Below, piece by piece: positions 1-7,218 of a DNA stretch of 24,767 bases. The stretch is from positions 1 through 24,767 of IMG/VR virus record IMGVR_UViG_3300040985_000160; one strand, given 5' to 3'. The stretch is from a virus. Taxonomy: Duplodnaviria > Caudoviricetes. Below the pieces are notes generated by a model. The model ran no database searches, was not told the DNA's origin, and saw only the letters and a program-made list of their open reading frames with translations. The position numbers and the translations under genes were made by a program. The first letter of the stretch is position 1. The number at the start of each line of letters is the position of its first letter.

Positions 1-117
1 GATTGGTGTGAATCAGAACCTGTTTTGTCACCATTCACAAAAAAACAGATGCGTAGTGCTGTCGCTGAGGCAATGCTATTAGCACGGAAGGAGTTAATCA
101 ATGAGCGAAGTAACTAA
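1..117 (+). CDS. 3' end of a hypothetical protein, truncated by the window edge
   Basis: Frame 1 is open from base 1 (DWCESEPVLSPFTKKQMRSAVAEAMLLARKELINERSN) to TAA at 115-117 and overlaps the next start, as is typical in this operon. Confidence 0.5.
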   Translation, partial: DWCESEPVLSPFTKKQMRSAVAEAMLLARKELINERSN

Positions 118-430
118 TGGTACAAAATATGTCTGTTTAGAAAACAAAGACATTGAAATTGGCGGGACTAAAATCCCAATGTTCATTGAAGGCGAGATTG
201 AATATACCTACACACACCACCCTGCACAAAATATGCAAGGTAGGATGGAGGATGCTACCCCTTCTGAGGAAGAAATTGAACTGAACTCTGTTGACTTAAC
301 CGTTACACTGTACGGAAAATCTATAGAGAAATGTGTAGAGGGGAATCACGGTGACATTCAATTTAAGACAACCTGTACAGAGTTTTATGAAGAACACTTT
401 GGCGAACTTGAATCTTGTGATGTACTCTAA
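101..430 (+). CDS. Hypothetical acidic phage protein (109 aa)
   Basis: ATG at 101 follows AAGGAG (88-93). The stop overlaps the helicase start (TAATG at 428-432). No recognisable motif. Confidence 0.75.
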   Translation: MSEVTNGTKYVCLENKDIEIGGTKIPMFIEGEIEYTYTHHPAQNMQGRMEDATPSEEEIELNSVDLTVTLYGKSIEKCVEGNHGDIQFKTTCTEFYEEHFGELESCDVL

Positions 431-2106
431 TGCAGTCAGATTTATTCAATTTTAAGACGCAAACCAGGGGTGGGGTCGTTCTCCGTCCTTATCAAGAAGA
501 GTGTATTCAAGCTGTGTACGAATCGTTTAACAACCATCAGTCTTGTTTGGTTGTCATGGCTACGGGATTGGGCAAAACCGTTACGGCTGCCGAGATTCTA
601 CGAAAGCGTGGCGGTCGTTCACTCTGGGTTGCGCACAGGTCTGAACTTGTTGAGCAAGCAGAGCAAACTATTGGGAAACTTACTGGAATCATTCCGCAGG
701 TTGAAATGGCTGATCGCCAAGCGCAGTTTATGCTGGGCGGTAATGGATGTGTGATAGGGTCTGTTCAGACATTGAACGCTAAACGAAATGGTCAACCCAG
801 ATTAAACAGATTTGACGCAATGTTTTATAAAACACTTATTACAGATGAGGCTCACCACGCAGTAGCGAAATCTTGGTCAAACATTGCTAAACACTTTTGC
901 GATAACCCGCAACTCAGACACTTGGGCATGACCGCTACTCCAGATCGAGGGGACGAAGCAGCATTAGGTCAGATTTATGATACTTGTGCCTACAGGTACG
1001 ATATTCAAGATGGTGTGAAAGATGGATGGCTGGTGCCGATTCTAATCCAACGAATTTACTTAGATGAAATCGATTTATCCATAATAGGTAAGGTAGCGGG
1101 TGATTTTAATCAGGGTGAACTTGCTTCTACTATGGAACGAGATAAAGTGGTTCACGGGGTGGCTCAGGCTTTATTGAGCGAAGCGGGAAACAAGAGAACT
1201 TTAGTGTTTACATCAAGTGTTGTTCATGCACACGCATTGTCTGACATCCTTAATCAGAGTAAGCCTGGCATGGCAGCTGCTATTGATGGCAAGACCCCAA
1301 AAGATAAGCGTAAGTTTATCCTAGACGAGTACCGCGCAGGAAACATTCAGTATCTATGCAATGTAGGTATTGCAACTGAGGGATTCGATGTGCCAAACAT
1401 AGATTGCGTGGCAATAGCCCGACCGACAATGAGTCGTGCGTTGTATGCACAAATGGTGGGCCGTGGAACTCGACCATTGGCAAATACTGTCGATGGATTA
1501 TCACATTCAGAACAACGTCTTGAATCAATTTCTTCGAGTCTGAAACCCTCTTGCCTGATCTTGGACTTCGTAGGTAATAGTGGTAAGCACAAACTTGTTT
1601 CAGCGGCCGATGTACTTGGTGGAAACTACAATGTGAAGGTTGTTGAGGAAGCCAATAGGATGGCTTCTGAGGAAGGTTCTCCTGTAGACACCCTCTCCCT
1701 TCTTGAAAGGGCTGAGGCTTCAGTGCGAGCCTCTGAGGAGGCTGAGAAACAGCGTGAGTTAAGGAGGCAGGTAAGTGCTAAAGTATCTTACAGAAAGAAA
1801 ACACTCGATCCGTTTGATGTACTAGACATTGAGCCTCCTGTAGAGGACAATGATTGGAAAGCAGACCCCTTGACCGATAAGCAAAGGCAGTGGCTGGAGA
1901 AGTCGGGCTTTGATATTGAAATGATGAGTAACGCAGAAAGAAGAAAAATCCTTAATCAGATGATTTACCGAAAGAAAAACAATCTTGCTACACCGAAACA
2001 GATTAAATTATTACAGAGATACGGCTACAACGCCCGAAGTATGAAGATGCCAGAAGCCAGTGGACTAATAGACGCAATCGCAAAAAACAATTGGAAGCGA
2101 GTATAA
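430..2106 (+). CDS. Superfamily 2 DEAH-box helicase (ResIII/Irc3-like)
   Basis: Q motif LRPYQ, Walker A ATGLGKT, DEAHH, motif III TATP, TEGFDVP and motif VI QMVGRGTR. The C-terminus has two T-x-K-Q helical repeats. Confidence 0.93.
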   Translation: MQSDLFNFKTQTRGGVVLRPYQEECIQAVYESFNNHQSCLVVMATGLGKTVTAAEILRKRGGRSLWVAHRSELVEQAEQTIGKLTGIIPQVEMADRQAQFMLGGNGCVIGSVQTLNAKRNGQPRLNRFDAMFYKTLITDEAHHAVAKSWSNIAKHFCDNPQLRHLGMTATPDRGDEAALGQIYDTCAYRYDIQDGVKDGWLVPILIQRIYLDEIDLSIIGKVAGDFNQGELASTMERDKVVHGVAQALLSEAGNKRTLVFTSSVVHAHALSDILNQSKPGMAAAIDGKTPKDKRKFILDEYRAGNIQYLCNVGIATEGFDVPNIDCVAIARPTMSRALYAQMVGRGTRPLANTVDGLSHSEQRLESISSSLKPSCLILDFVGNSGKHKLVSAADVLGGNYNVKVVEEANRMASEEGSPVDTLSLLERAEASVRASEEAEKQRELRRQVSAKVSYRKKTLDPFDVLDIEPPVEDNDWKADPLTDKQRQWLEKSGFDIEMMSNAERRKILNQMIYRKKNNLATPKQIKLLQRYGYNARSMKMPEASGLIDAIAKNNWKRV

Positions 2107-3120
2107 ATGTGGATAGTACCAAAATCAATCATCTCAGCATGTGCAGTGGATATGGAGGTATTGACCTCGGACTCAGAAGAGTTCTCCCAAATGTGCGAAC
2201 AATCGCTTATGTGGAGATCGAGGCCTTCGCAGTCGCAAACTTGGTTGAAAAGATGGAAAGCCCCGAAGAATACTTGGATGCGGCACCTGTGTGGACGAAC
2301 CTTAAAACCTTCAATGCAAAACCGTTTCGAGGAATGGTGGACATCCTCAGCGGAGGATTTCCTTGCCAGCCATTCAGTTGTGCGGGTCAACGCAAGGGTA
2401 CAGAAGACCCTAGACATTTGTTCCCAGATATCGAAAGAATCATCGGTGAGTGTGAGCCATCAATCGTCTTCCTCGAAAATGTCGAAGGGATTATTTCCGC
2501 CAAGTATGGAGGAGAAGACGGAACAAGTGTTCTCAAATATGTCTTGGAAAGATTGGAAAAATTGGGTTACACGGCAACGGCAGGAGTATTCTCAGCGATT
2601 GAGTGCGGTGCGCCTCACCAAAGGAAAAGAGTCTTTATCTGTGGCGTATCCAACGCCAGACGTAACGATGAGACCACACGAAGGCAACGTGAGGCTTTAC
2701 AGGAAGGCAGTAATGAATGGGATGTCAAAGGAGGACGCTGAAAACAATGGTGGCGAACTGGCCGACACCAACTGTTGCCGAAGGAGGGAAAATAGGAAAT
2801 CAAGCGAACTACGGGCAGAAAGCATTGAGCAATCATCCAGAAATGGTGGGAGTTCCTACGAGGGAGAAATCGGAGAAGGGAGATTCCCAAGCCGCCCAAA
2901 TGAACAACAACAACCCTGGGAAGCCCCTAGAACAATCGGAAACGAAGAAATTATCTCCGCTATGGGTGGCTCAACTTATGGGGTTGCCAACGGCTCTATG
3001 GTGCATTCCTGTAGAGTGGATTCTCTCAGATTACTCGGAAACGGAGTAGTACCAATTGTGGCCGCTAAGGCTTTTGTTGTACTTATGGCAAGAATAAACA
3101 ATGGAGAACAATCTATATAA
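2107..3120 (+). CDS. Overlapping alternative-frame ORF (337 aa): beta-subunit-like N-terminal part joined to the C5-MTase C-terminus with motif X
   Basis: ATG directly follows the helicase TAA. The frame stays open across the whole catalytic ORF, contains YPTP (2647-2658) and ends in RVDSLRLLGNGVVPIVAAKAF (motif X, GNGV at 3037-3048). Confidence 0.75.
   Translation: MWIVPKSIISACAVDMEVLTSDSEEFSQMCEQSLMWRSRPSQSQTWLKRWKAPKNTWMRHLCGRTLKPSMQNRFEEWWTSSAEDFLASHSVVRVNARVQKTLDICSQISKESSVSVSHQSSSSKMSKGLFPPSMEEKTEQVFSNMSWKDWKNWVTRQRQEYSQRLSAVRLTKGKESLSVAYPTPDVTMRPHEGNVRLYRKAVMNGMSKEDAENNGGELADTNCCRRRENRKSSELRAESIEQSSRNGGSSYEGEIGEGRFPSRPNEQQQPWEAPRTIGNEEIISAMGGSTYGVANGSMVHSCRVDSLRLLGNGVVPIVAAKAFVVLMARINNGEQSI
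2109..2741 (+). CDS. DNA (cytosine-5) methyltransferase, catalytic part with motifs I-VIII only; likely start GTG 2109 (track start TTG 2091)
   Basis: Motif I CSGYGG (2142-2159), motif IV GGFPCQPFS (PC at 2361-2366), motif VI ENV (2475-2483), motif VIII QRKRVF (2619-2636). It stops at TGA 2739-2741, before motifs IX and X. Confidence 0.9.
   Translation: MDSTKINHLSMCSGYGGIDLGLRRVLPNVRTIAYVEIEAFAVANLVEKMESPEEYLDAAPVWTNLKTFNAKPFRGMVDILSGGFPCQPFSCAGQRKGTEDPRHLFPDIERIIGECEPSIVFLENVEGIISAKYGGEDGTSVLKYVLERLEKLGYTATAGVFSAIECGAPHQRKRVFICGVSNARRNDETTRRQREALQEGSNEWDVKGGR
2747..3049 (+). CDS. Third-frame ORF carrying C5-MTase motif IX (beta-subunit-like C-terminal part); start ATG 2747 or 2717
   Basis: Contains WPTP (2759-2770) and LSPLWVAQLMGLP (2951-2989), which resembles the LNPxWVEWLMGFP form of motif IX. 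AGGAGG at 2729-2734 precedes ATG 2747. Confidence 0.65.
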   Translation: MVANWPTPTVAEGGKIGNQANYGQKALSNHPEMVGVPTREKSEKGDSQAAQMNNNNPGKPLEQSETKKLSPLWVAQLMGLPTALWCIPVEWILSDYSETE

Positions 3121-3160
3121 TGATGTTAGTAACGTGTTAGAAATGTAAATGTCAAAATTA

Positions 3161-3166
3161 AAGGAG
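3161..3166 (+). promoter_or_regulatory. Shine-Dalgarno site of the SSB gene (same AAGGAG at 88-93, 3528-3533 and 5713-5718)
   Basis: AAGGAG lies 6-7 nt upstream of the ATG in four + strand genes. Confidence 0.7.
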
Positions 3167-3173
3167 ACATAAA

Positions 3174-3521
3174 ATGAGTATGAAAAATGGATTTGCTATT
3201 ATCGTAGGTAAGGTGATCGACATGGTTCCCGAAACCATCAGCATGAGAAATGGAAATGAACTACAGAAACTGAAGGTCTTGGTTAAACCAAGCGCTGAAG
3301 CTGCACCAATAGAATTGGAAGCATTAGGTGAGACAGCAGATAAGTTTAAAGATGCCGATCTAGTTACAGCGCAGGTAATCATTAAATGCGATGTGTCTAG
3401 TCGTGAGTGGAAAAAAGATGACGGCTCAGTTAAGTATTTCATGGGGCTTCGCATTCGTGAATGGGATGTACTTGGTGAATCACCAGCACCAGCCGTAGTC
3501 ACAGAAGATGTGCCGTTTTAA
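3174..3521 (+). CDS. ssb: Single-stranded DNA-binding protein (OB-fold, DUF3127-like)
   Basis: 115 aa with an OB-like strand pattern, SREWKKDDGSVKYF and the acidic SSB tail EDVPF; strong RBS. Confidence 0.8.
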   Translation: MSMKNGFAIIVGKVIDMVPETISMRNGNELQKLKVLVKPSAEAAPIELEALGETADKFKDADLVTAQVIIKCDVSSREWKKDDGSVKYFMGLRIREWDVLGESPAPAVVTEDVPF

Positions 3522-3539
3522 TTTATTAAGGAGTTACAA

Positions 3540-4106
3540 ATGAAAAGTATGACACTAAGTTTAGATAGGGCTAATGCTAGCCATTTAATTACCAACGCAC
3601 TGATTGGAGTTTCTGCTCATTTACATGAAGCATCTAACGCACCTGAGTCTATTAAAGAATCATTCATACTAAAAAGCCTGGGCTTTGCAGACCATGTTTC
3701 AGCCATTGTAGACAGAGTATTTGATGGATTTGGTTTTACTGAGGATAAAGACGGTGAGATTTGGACTTTTGAAAAAGAGCATTACATTTTAGATATGGAT
3801 GGTGCAGAATTTCTTATGCTACTTACCGCAGTACGCAGCACTTTTGAAATGTATATGTACGCCAAATCCCGAATGAGACATGAAATCGTATGCCCAATCA
3901 ATGATACTAATTTTCCCAAAGAGTTTATGGCAATTGGTAATAACCCAATAGAATGTGCGAGAGCGTCACACTGCCTCCTTGATTTTCTTGAAAGTCATTG
4001 TGACGACTCTCTTCTTCTTAAGTGGCGAGACCTACGGAAGGAAACTTCAAGGGAGATGTTGACTACTCTGACTGACAGATGGGTGAGTGTTGAAGATGAC
4101 GTATGA
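3540..4106 (+). CDS. Hypothetical protein (188 aa)
   Basis: AAGGAG RBS at 3528-3533 and a fit to the operon packing. No recognisable motif. Confidence 0.75.
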   Translation: MKSMTLSLDRANASHLITNALIGVSAHLHEASNAPESIKESFILKSLGFADHVSAIVDRVFDGFGFTEDKDGEIWTFEKEHYILDMDGAEFLMLLTAVRSTFEMYMYAKSRMRHEIVCPINDTNFPKEFMAIGNNPIECARASHCLLDFLESHCDDSLLLKWRDLRKETSREMLTTLTDRWVSVEDDV

Positions 4107-4374
4107 CTCAGAGTTTGATAAGTATAGGAATGTAGAAATGTGGTTCATATGTCCTACTTGTAGTAAGGGATTTGAAGTAGATGAACCAGATAATTATTGT
4201 GAACACTATAAGGAAAATGACGTGGACGATGAAAAGACTATTATTAAGTATACGGCAAAGCAAATCCAAACGATGCAGACGAAGTTCATTTCAAACAACT
4301 ACTCTCCGTCTTGGATGCGTACACACTTCGTTGAAATGATGAGGTACATCAAATGGCTCAATGGAAAAGAGTAA
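4096..4374 (+). CDS. Hypothetical protein with a CxxC...CxH possible Zn site (start ATG 4096 or TTG 4087)
   Basis: Contains CPTCSK...YCEH and overlaps both neighbours. Confidence 0.65.
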   Translation: MTYDSEFDKYRNVEMWFICPTCSKGFEVDEPDNYCEHYKENDVDDEKTIIKYTAKQIQTMQTKFISNNYSPSWMRTHFVEMMRYIKWLNGKE

Positions 4375-5165
4375 ATAGGCTTAGTCCTTGTCCCATTTGT
4401 AAGAAGACTGATTGGTGTCTAATCTCCCCAGACCGTGCAGCGGTTATCTGCCCTCGCATTGAGGAGGGTTCAACAAGATATGTTGAAGGGAGTGGAAACC
4501 TCCACATACTTCGAGTTACTAAAGAATGGATGAATGAGGTACACATTCCATCTACGGTTAAACCGTTACCCGAACACAATGAGGTGCTTGCCATTCGTGC
4601 AAGAGGCTGGATTACGAAGTGTGAGAACGATAAGATTGAGGAACTATCTAAGAAACTAGGTGTGTCTGAAGAATCACTCAAACTTCTGAATGTAGGGTGG
4701 CTAGACAACACCAGTTCTTGGATTTTTCCAATGCTTAGAAAGCGTGACAGACTTATCGGCATCAGGGTTAGGCCAAGGAACGGCAAAAAGTTTGCGGTAA
4801 AAGGTAGCAGAAACGGTTTATTTGTACCGAATAATTTACCGGATCAAGGCGTTGTCTATATATGCGAAGGGGAATCAGATACAGCCGCCATGCTCACATG
4901 TGGTTTAAATGCTGTAGGCAGACCATCTTGCAACAGTGGAGACAGGTTGTTAGCAGAATTGCTAAAAGAAAATCAAGCCGTTGTTTGTATGGACAGAGAC
5001 GGCGCGGGTAGGAAAGGGGCATTATCTCTCACAGATTATCTGAAATGTCACATACAGGATGTTAGAATACTAGAGCCTCCTGATAAATACAATGACATGA
5101 GAGATTGGTTACATGGCGAAGGAAAAGAACAAGTTTACTCTACCGCAATCCAAGTATATGGATGA
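4353..5165 (+). CDS. Zn-finger plus TOPRIM DNA primase (no fused helicase)
   Basis: N-terminal CPICKKTDWC...ICPR zinc-binding region, TOPRIM ICEGESD, DxD motif DRDGAG and YNDMRDWL. Confidence 0.85.
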   Translation: MAQWKRVNRLSPCPICKKTDWCLISPDRAAVICPRIEEGSTRYVEGSGNLHILRVTKEWMNEVHIPSTVKPLPEHNEVLAIRARGWITKCENDKIEELSKKLGVSEESLKLLNVGWLDNTSSWIFPMLRKRDRLIGIRVRPRNGKKFAVKGSRNGLFVPNNLPDQGVVYICEGESDTAAMLTCGLNAVGRPSCNSGDRLLAELLKENQAVVCMDRDGAGRKGALSLTDYLKCHIQDVRILEPPDKYNDMRDWLHGEGKEQVYSTAIQVYG

Positions 5166-5352
5166 GCATGGTGATGAAACCTTCATTCTTGTGGCCATGC
5201 CAGACGAACTTGTTAAAGAAATTGACCGACTAAGGGACGCAATAGTCAGCTATCTTCCAGGCTATGATCGTAAAGATTTTGAACTTCTCAGGAAATACCT
5301 AGAGTGGTCAGAAAACATAGGAGAACTACTATGTGTAAGAGATGGGAAATGA
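5113..5352 (+). CDS. Hypothetical protein
   Basis: Fills the gap between primase and resolvase. Its TGA overlaps ATG 5349 (ATGA). The start may be at 5158. Confidence 0.6.
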   Translation: MAKEKNKFTLPQSKYMDEHGDETFILVAMPDELVKEIDRLRDAIVSYLPGYDRKDFELLRKYLEWSENIGELLCVRDGK

Positions 5353-5732
5353 CCTTTGAATACCAATTCGAGTCTCTTAACAAGATGATGAGAACACACT
5401 GGGCGGTGCGAAAAAAGAGGCAAGAAGAACTCATGGCAGCCGTTGATTATTCTGCGCCACGCCCATTGCCGAAGTTTGAAGGCTTGGTTCGACTTACGAT
5501 CATCAGGCAGTGGGGCAAGAGGGGCAGGGCATTCGACCCAGACAACCTAGTTGCATCGTGTAAGATGCTCATTGACTGTCTTAAAGAACCAAAAGGGCGT
5601 AGTAAGTATGGTCTTGGTATAATAAAAGACGACAGTAGTGCAGATATTGAACTACTCGTTAAACAAGAAAAATCGCCTGATGGCGTTCATCGGGCAATAA
5701 TCCGTTTCACACAAGGAGACACAGATGTCTGA
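5349..5732 (+). CDS. rusA: RusA-like Holliday junction resolvase (track start 5304)
   Basis: SLN motif near the N-terminus, DPDNLVASCKMLIDCL (DxDN...K...D) and IIKDDS, matching the RusA catalytic pattern. Confidence 0.8.
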   Translation: MTFEYQFESLNKMMRTHWAVRKKRQEELMAAVDYSAPRPLPKFEGLVRLTIIRQWGKRGRAFDPDNLVASCKMLIDCLKEPKGRSKYGLGIIKDDSSADIELLVKQEKSPDGVHRAIIRFTQGDTDV

Positions 5733-6531
5733 AGAAACACCAGAAGTTGAACAGGTAACATCCGAGGATTGGCGTTCTGCCATTCCAGAAGATATTCAAA
5801 ACGAACCTAGCCTAGCCGATATTAAAGATGTCGCTAGTTTAGCAAAAGGCTATGTCCATGCACAGCACATGATTGGTTCTGACAAGGTAGCAATACCTTC
5901 GAGAGAAGCCGACCAAGAAGAGCTAGATGCTTTTTATAACAAGTTGGGCAGACCAGAAACAGCAGGGGGCTACGAGTCTCCTACTGAAAACATGCCTGAA
6001 ATAGACTTAAACCCAGAATTGCAATCGGCATTCTTTGATGAAGCACATCGTCTTGGCCTGACCAGCCAACAAGCAGCAGGTCTAGTCAGGTGGCAAGCAC
6101 AGACTTCACACGGTCAAATGGAAATGTCTGCCCAAAATTCAGAAATTGCTATGGAACAGGCTCAAGAGTCCATGCGCCAAGAGTTTGGTAAGGCTTATAC
6201 CGAAAAGATGGAAATGGCTAAGAATGCAGCAATTGAGTTTGGAGGAGAAGACCTTATGGCTTTACTAGATTCTAGTGGGCTAGGTAACGAACCCGCTATT
6301 ATTAGAGCATTTGCTAACATTGGCAAGGCTATTTCTAACGATGAAATCATTGGTGGCGGTGGTCGTCAAGGCTTTATGATGTCACCCGCTGAAGCTAAGA
6401 CACAAATCGCTAACATGAAACGTGACCCCAATTTCATTGATTCGTACAACGATAAAGGTCACGCCGCACACGCAGATTCAGTTAAAGAAATGGCTAGGCT
6501 TTACGAGTTAGCATTCCCGACCCATGAGTGA
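5725..6531 (+). CDS. Capsid assembly/scaffolding protein (podovirus type)
   Basis: Acidic helical protein with WRSAIPEDI..EPSL...KDVASLAKGYVHAQHMIG, FYNKLGRPE..GY, GLGNEPAIIRAFANIG and a C-terminal H..H...V..M.RLY. These blocks are typical of scaffolds that sit next to T7/BPP-1-like portals. AAGGAG RBS. Confidence 0.8.
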   Translation: MSEETPEVEQVTSEDWRSAIPEDIQNEPSLADIKDVASLAKGYVHAQHMIGSDKVAIPSREADQEELDAFYNKLGRPETAGGYESPTENMPEIDLNPELQSAFFDEAHRLGLTSQQAAGLVRWQAQTSHGQMEMSAQNSEIAMEQAQESMRQEFGKAYTEKMEMAKNAAIEFGGEDLMALLDSSGLGNEPAIIRAFANIGKAISNDEIIGGGGRQGFMMSPAEAKTQIANMKRDPNFIDSYNDKGHAAHADSVKEMARLYELAFPTHE

Positions 6532-6925
6532 ACTCACTCGCAGAGTTACAGTCGCACAGCAACGTAAGTGGCTTCAACAGTCGCTTATGGCAGCAATCAC
6601 CCCTGAGGATATGCAAGAGGTAATACTCATGCTTGTTGAAAGAGCAAGGGGTGGTTCTATTGCTGCGGCTAAAGAGTTATTAGACAGAACATTAGGAAAG
6701 CCTACTCAAGAAATCATCGTAGAGCAGCAAGAGCAACGAAGTCCTGACGAGGTAAGAGGTAAACTTGCGGCTCTCTTGATGAGGCATCCCGAATTGCGGG
6801 GTGTTCTTGAGTCGGCTGGGGAAGAGAGGGCTTTAGAAACAATGACCCCTGCCGAACGGCTTCAAGCAGATGTTCAGAAATCTAAAATATCTAGTAAGCC
6901 AGATCAATACGAATCTGATGAATAA
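6524..6925 (+). CDS. Probable terminase small subunit-like protein
   Basis: The helical motif LVERARGGSIAAAKELLDRTLGKPTQEI resembles the A..GD..A.KE.LDR..GKP.Q motif of TerS/DUF5681-like proteins. No TerS candidate lies next to TerL. Confidence 0.55.
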   Translation: MSELTRRVTVAQQRKWLQQSLMAAITPEDMQEVILMLVERARGGSIAAAKELLDRTLGKPTQEIIVEQQEQRSPDEVRGKLAALLMRHPELRGVLESAGEERALETMTPAERLQADVQKSKISSKPDQYESDE

Positions 6926-7121
6926 AAAAAAGGATTATTCATTAAAGGTTTGTGTGGGCTGTGGTAGAGACACAACATCAAGCACAGTTATTTGTATTCG
7001 TTGTAGGAAAAGAAGTAAGGCGAACGACTCAGACCCATACGTTCATTACCCAACTCTTTCTTATAGAAGGATAACCGAGCATGGTGGCGATGATTATTCC
7101 GAAGAATATACCCCTGATTAA
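6918..7121 (+). CDS. Small Zn-ribbon protein (track start 6870)
   Basis: Contains CVGC...CIRC. ATG 6918 overlaps the upstream stop. Last gene of the + arm. Confidence 0.6.
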   Translation: MNKKKDYSLKVCVGCGRDTTSSTVICIRCRKRSKANDSDPYVHYPTLSYRRITEHGGDDYSEEYTPD

Positions 7122-7153
7122 AAACCTCCGCCTATAATAAAATAAACGGAGGT
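7120..7153 (-). terminator. Hairpin at the convergence point; candidate intrinsic terminator for the minus-strand operon
   Basis: ACCTCCG (7124-7130) pairs with CGGAGGT (7147-7153) around a 16-nt AT-rich loop. Only a short U run follows on the minus strand. Confidence 0.45.
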
Positions 7154-7218
7154 CATAAGGAGTCACCGACCAAAGTGACCTTCTGAATGATACCATTACA
7201 CCCAGTGTTTGCAAGTCT

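Noticed and set aside
470-754. 94-aa same-strand ORF nested in the helicase gene
   Set aside because: No RBS or motif, and its length is compatible with chance.
2025-2899. Minus-strand ORFs across the methyltransferase locus (2025-2417, 2615-2899)
   Set aside because: They carry no MTase or other motifs, unlike the three forward frames.
3121-3160. TGTTAG direct repeat and GTTA-G-TAAC mini-palindrome upstream of ssb
   Set aside because: Too short and AT-rich to support an operator or promoter call, and not seen repeated in other intergenic gaps.
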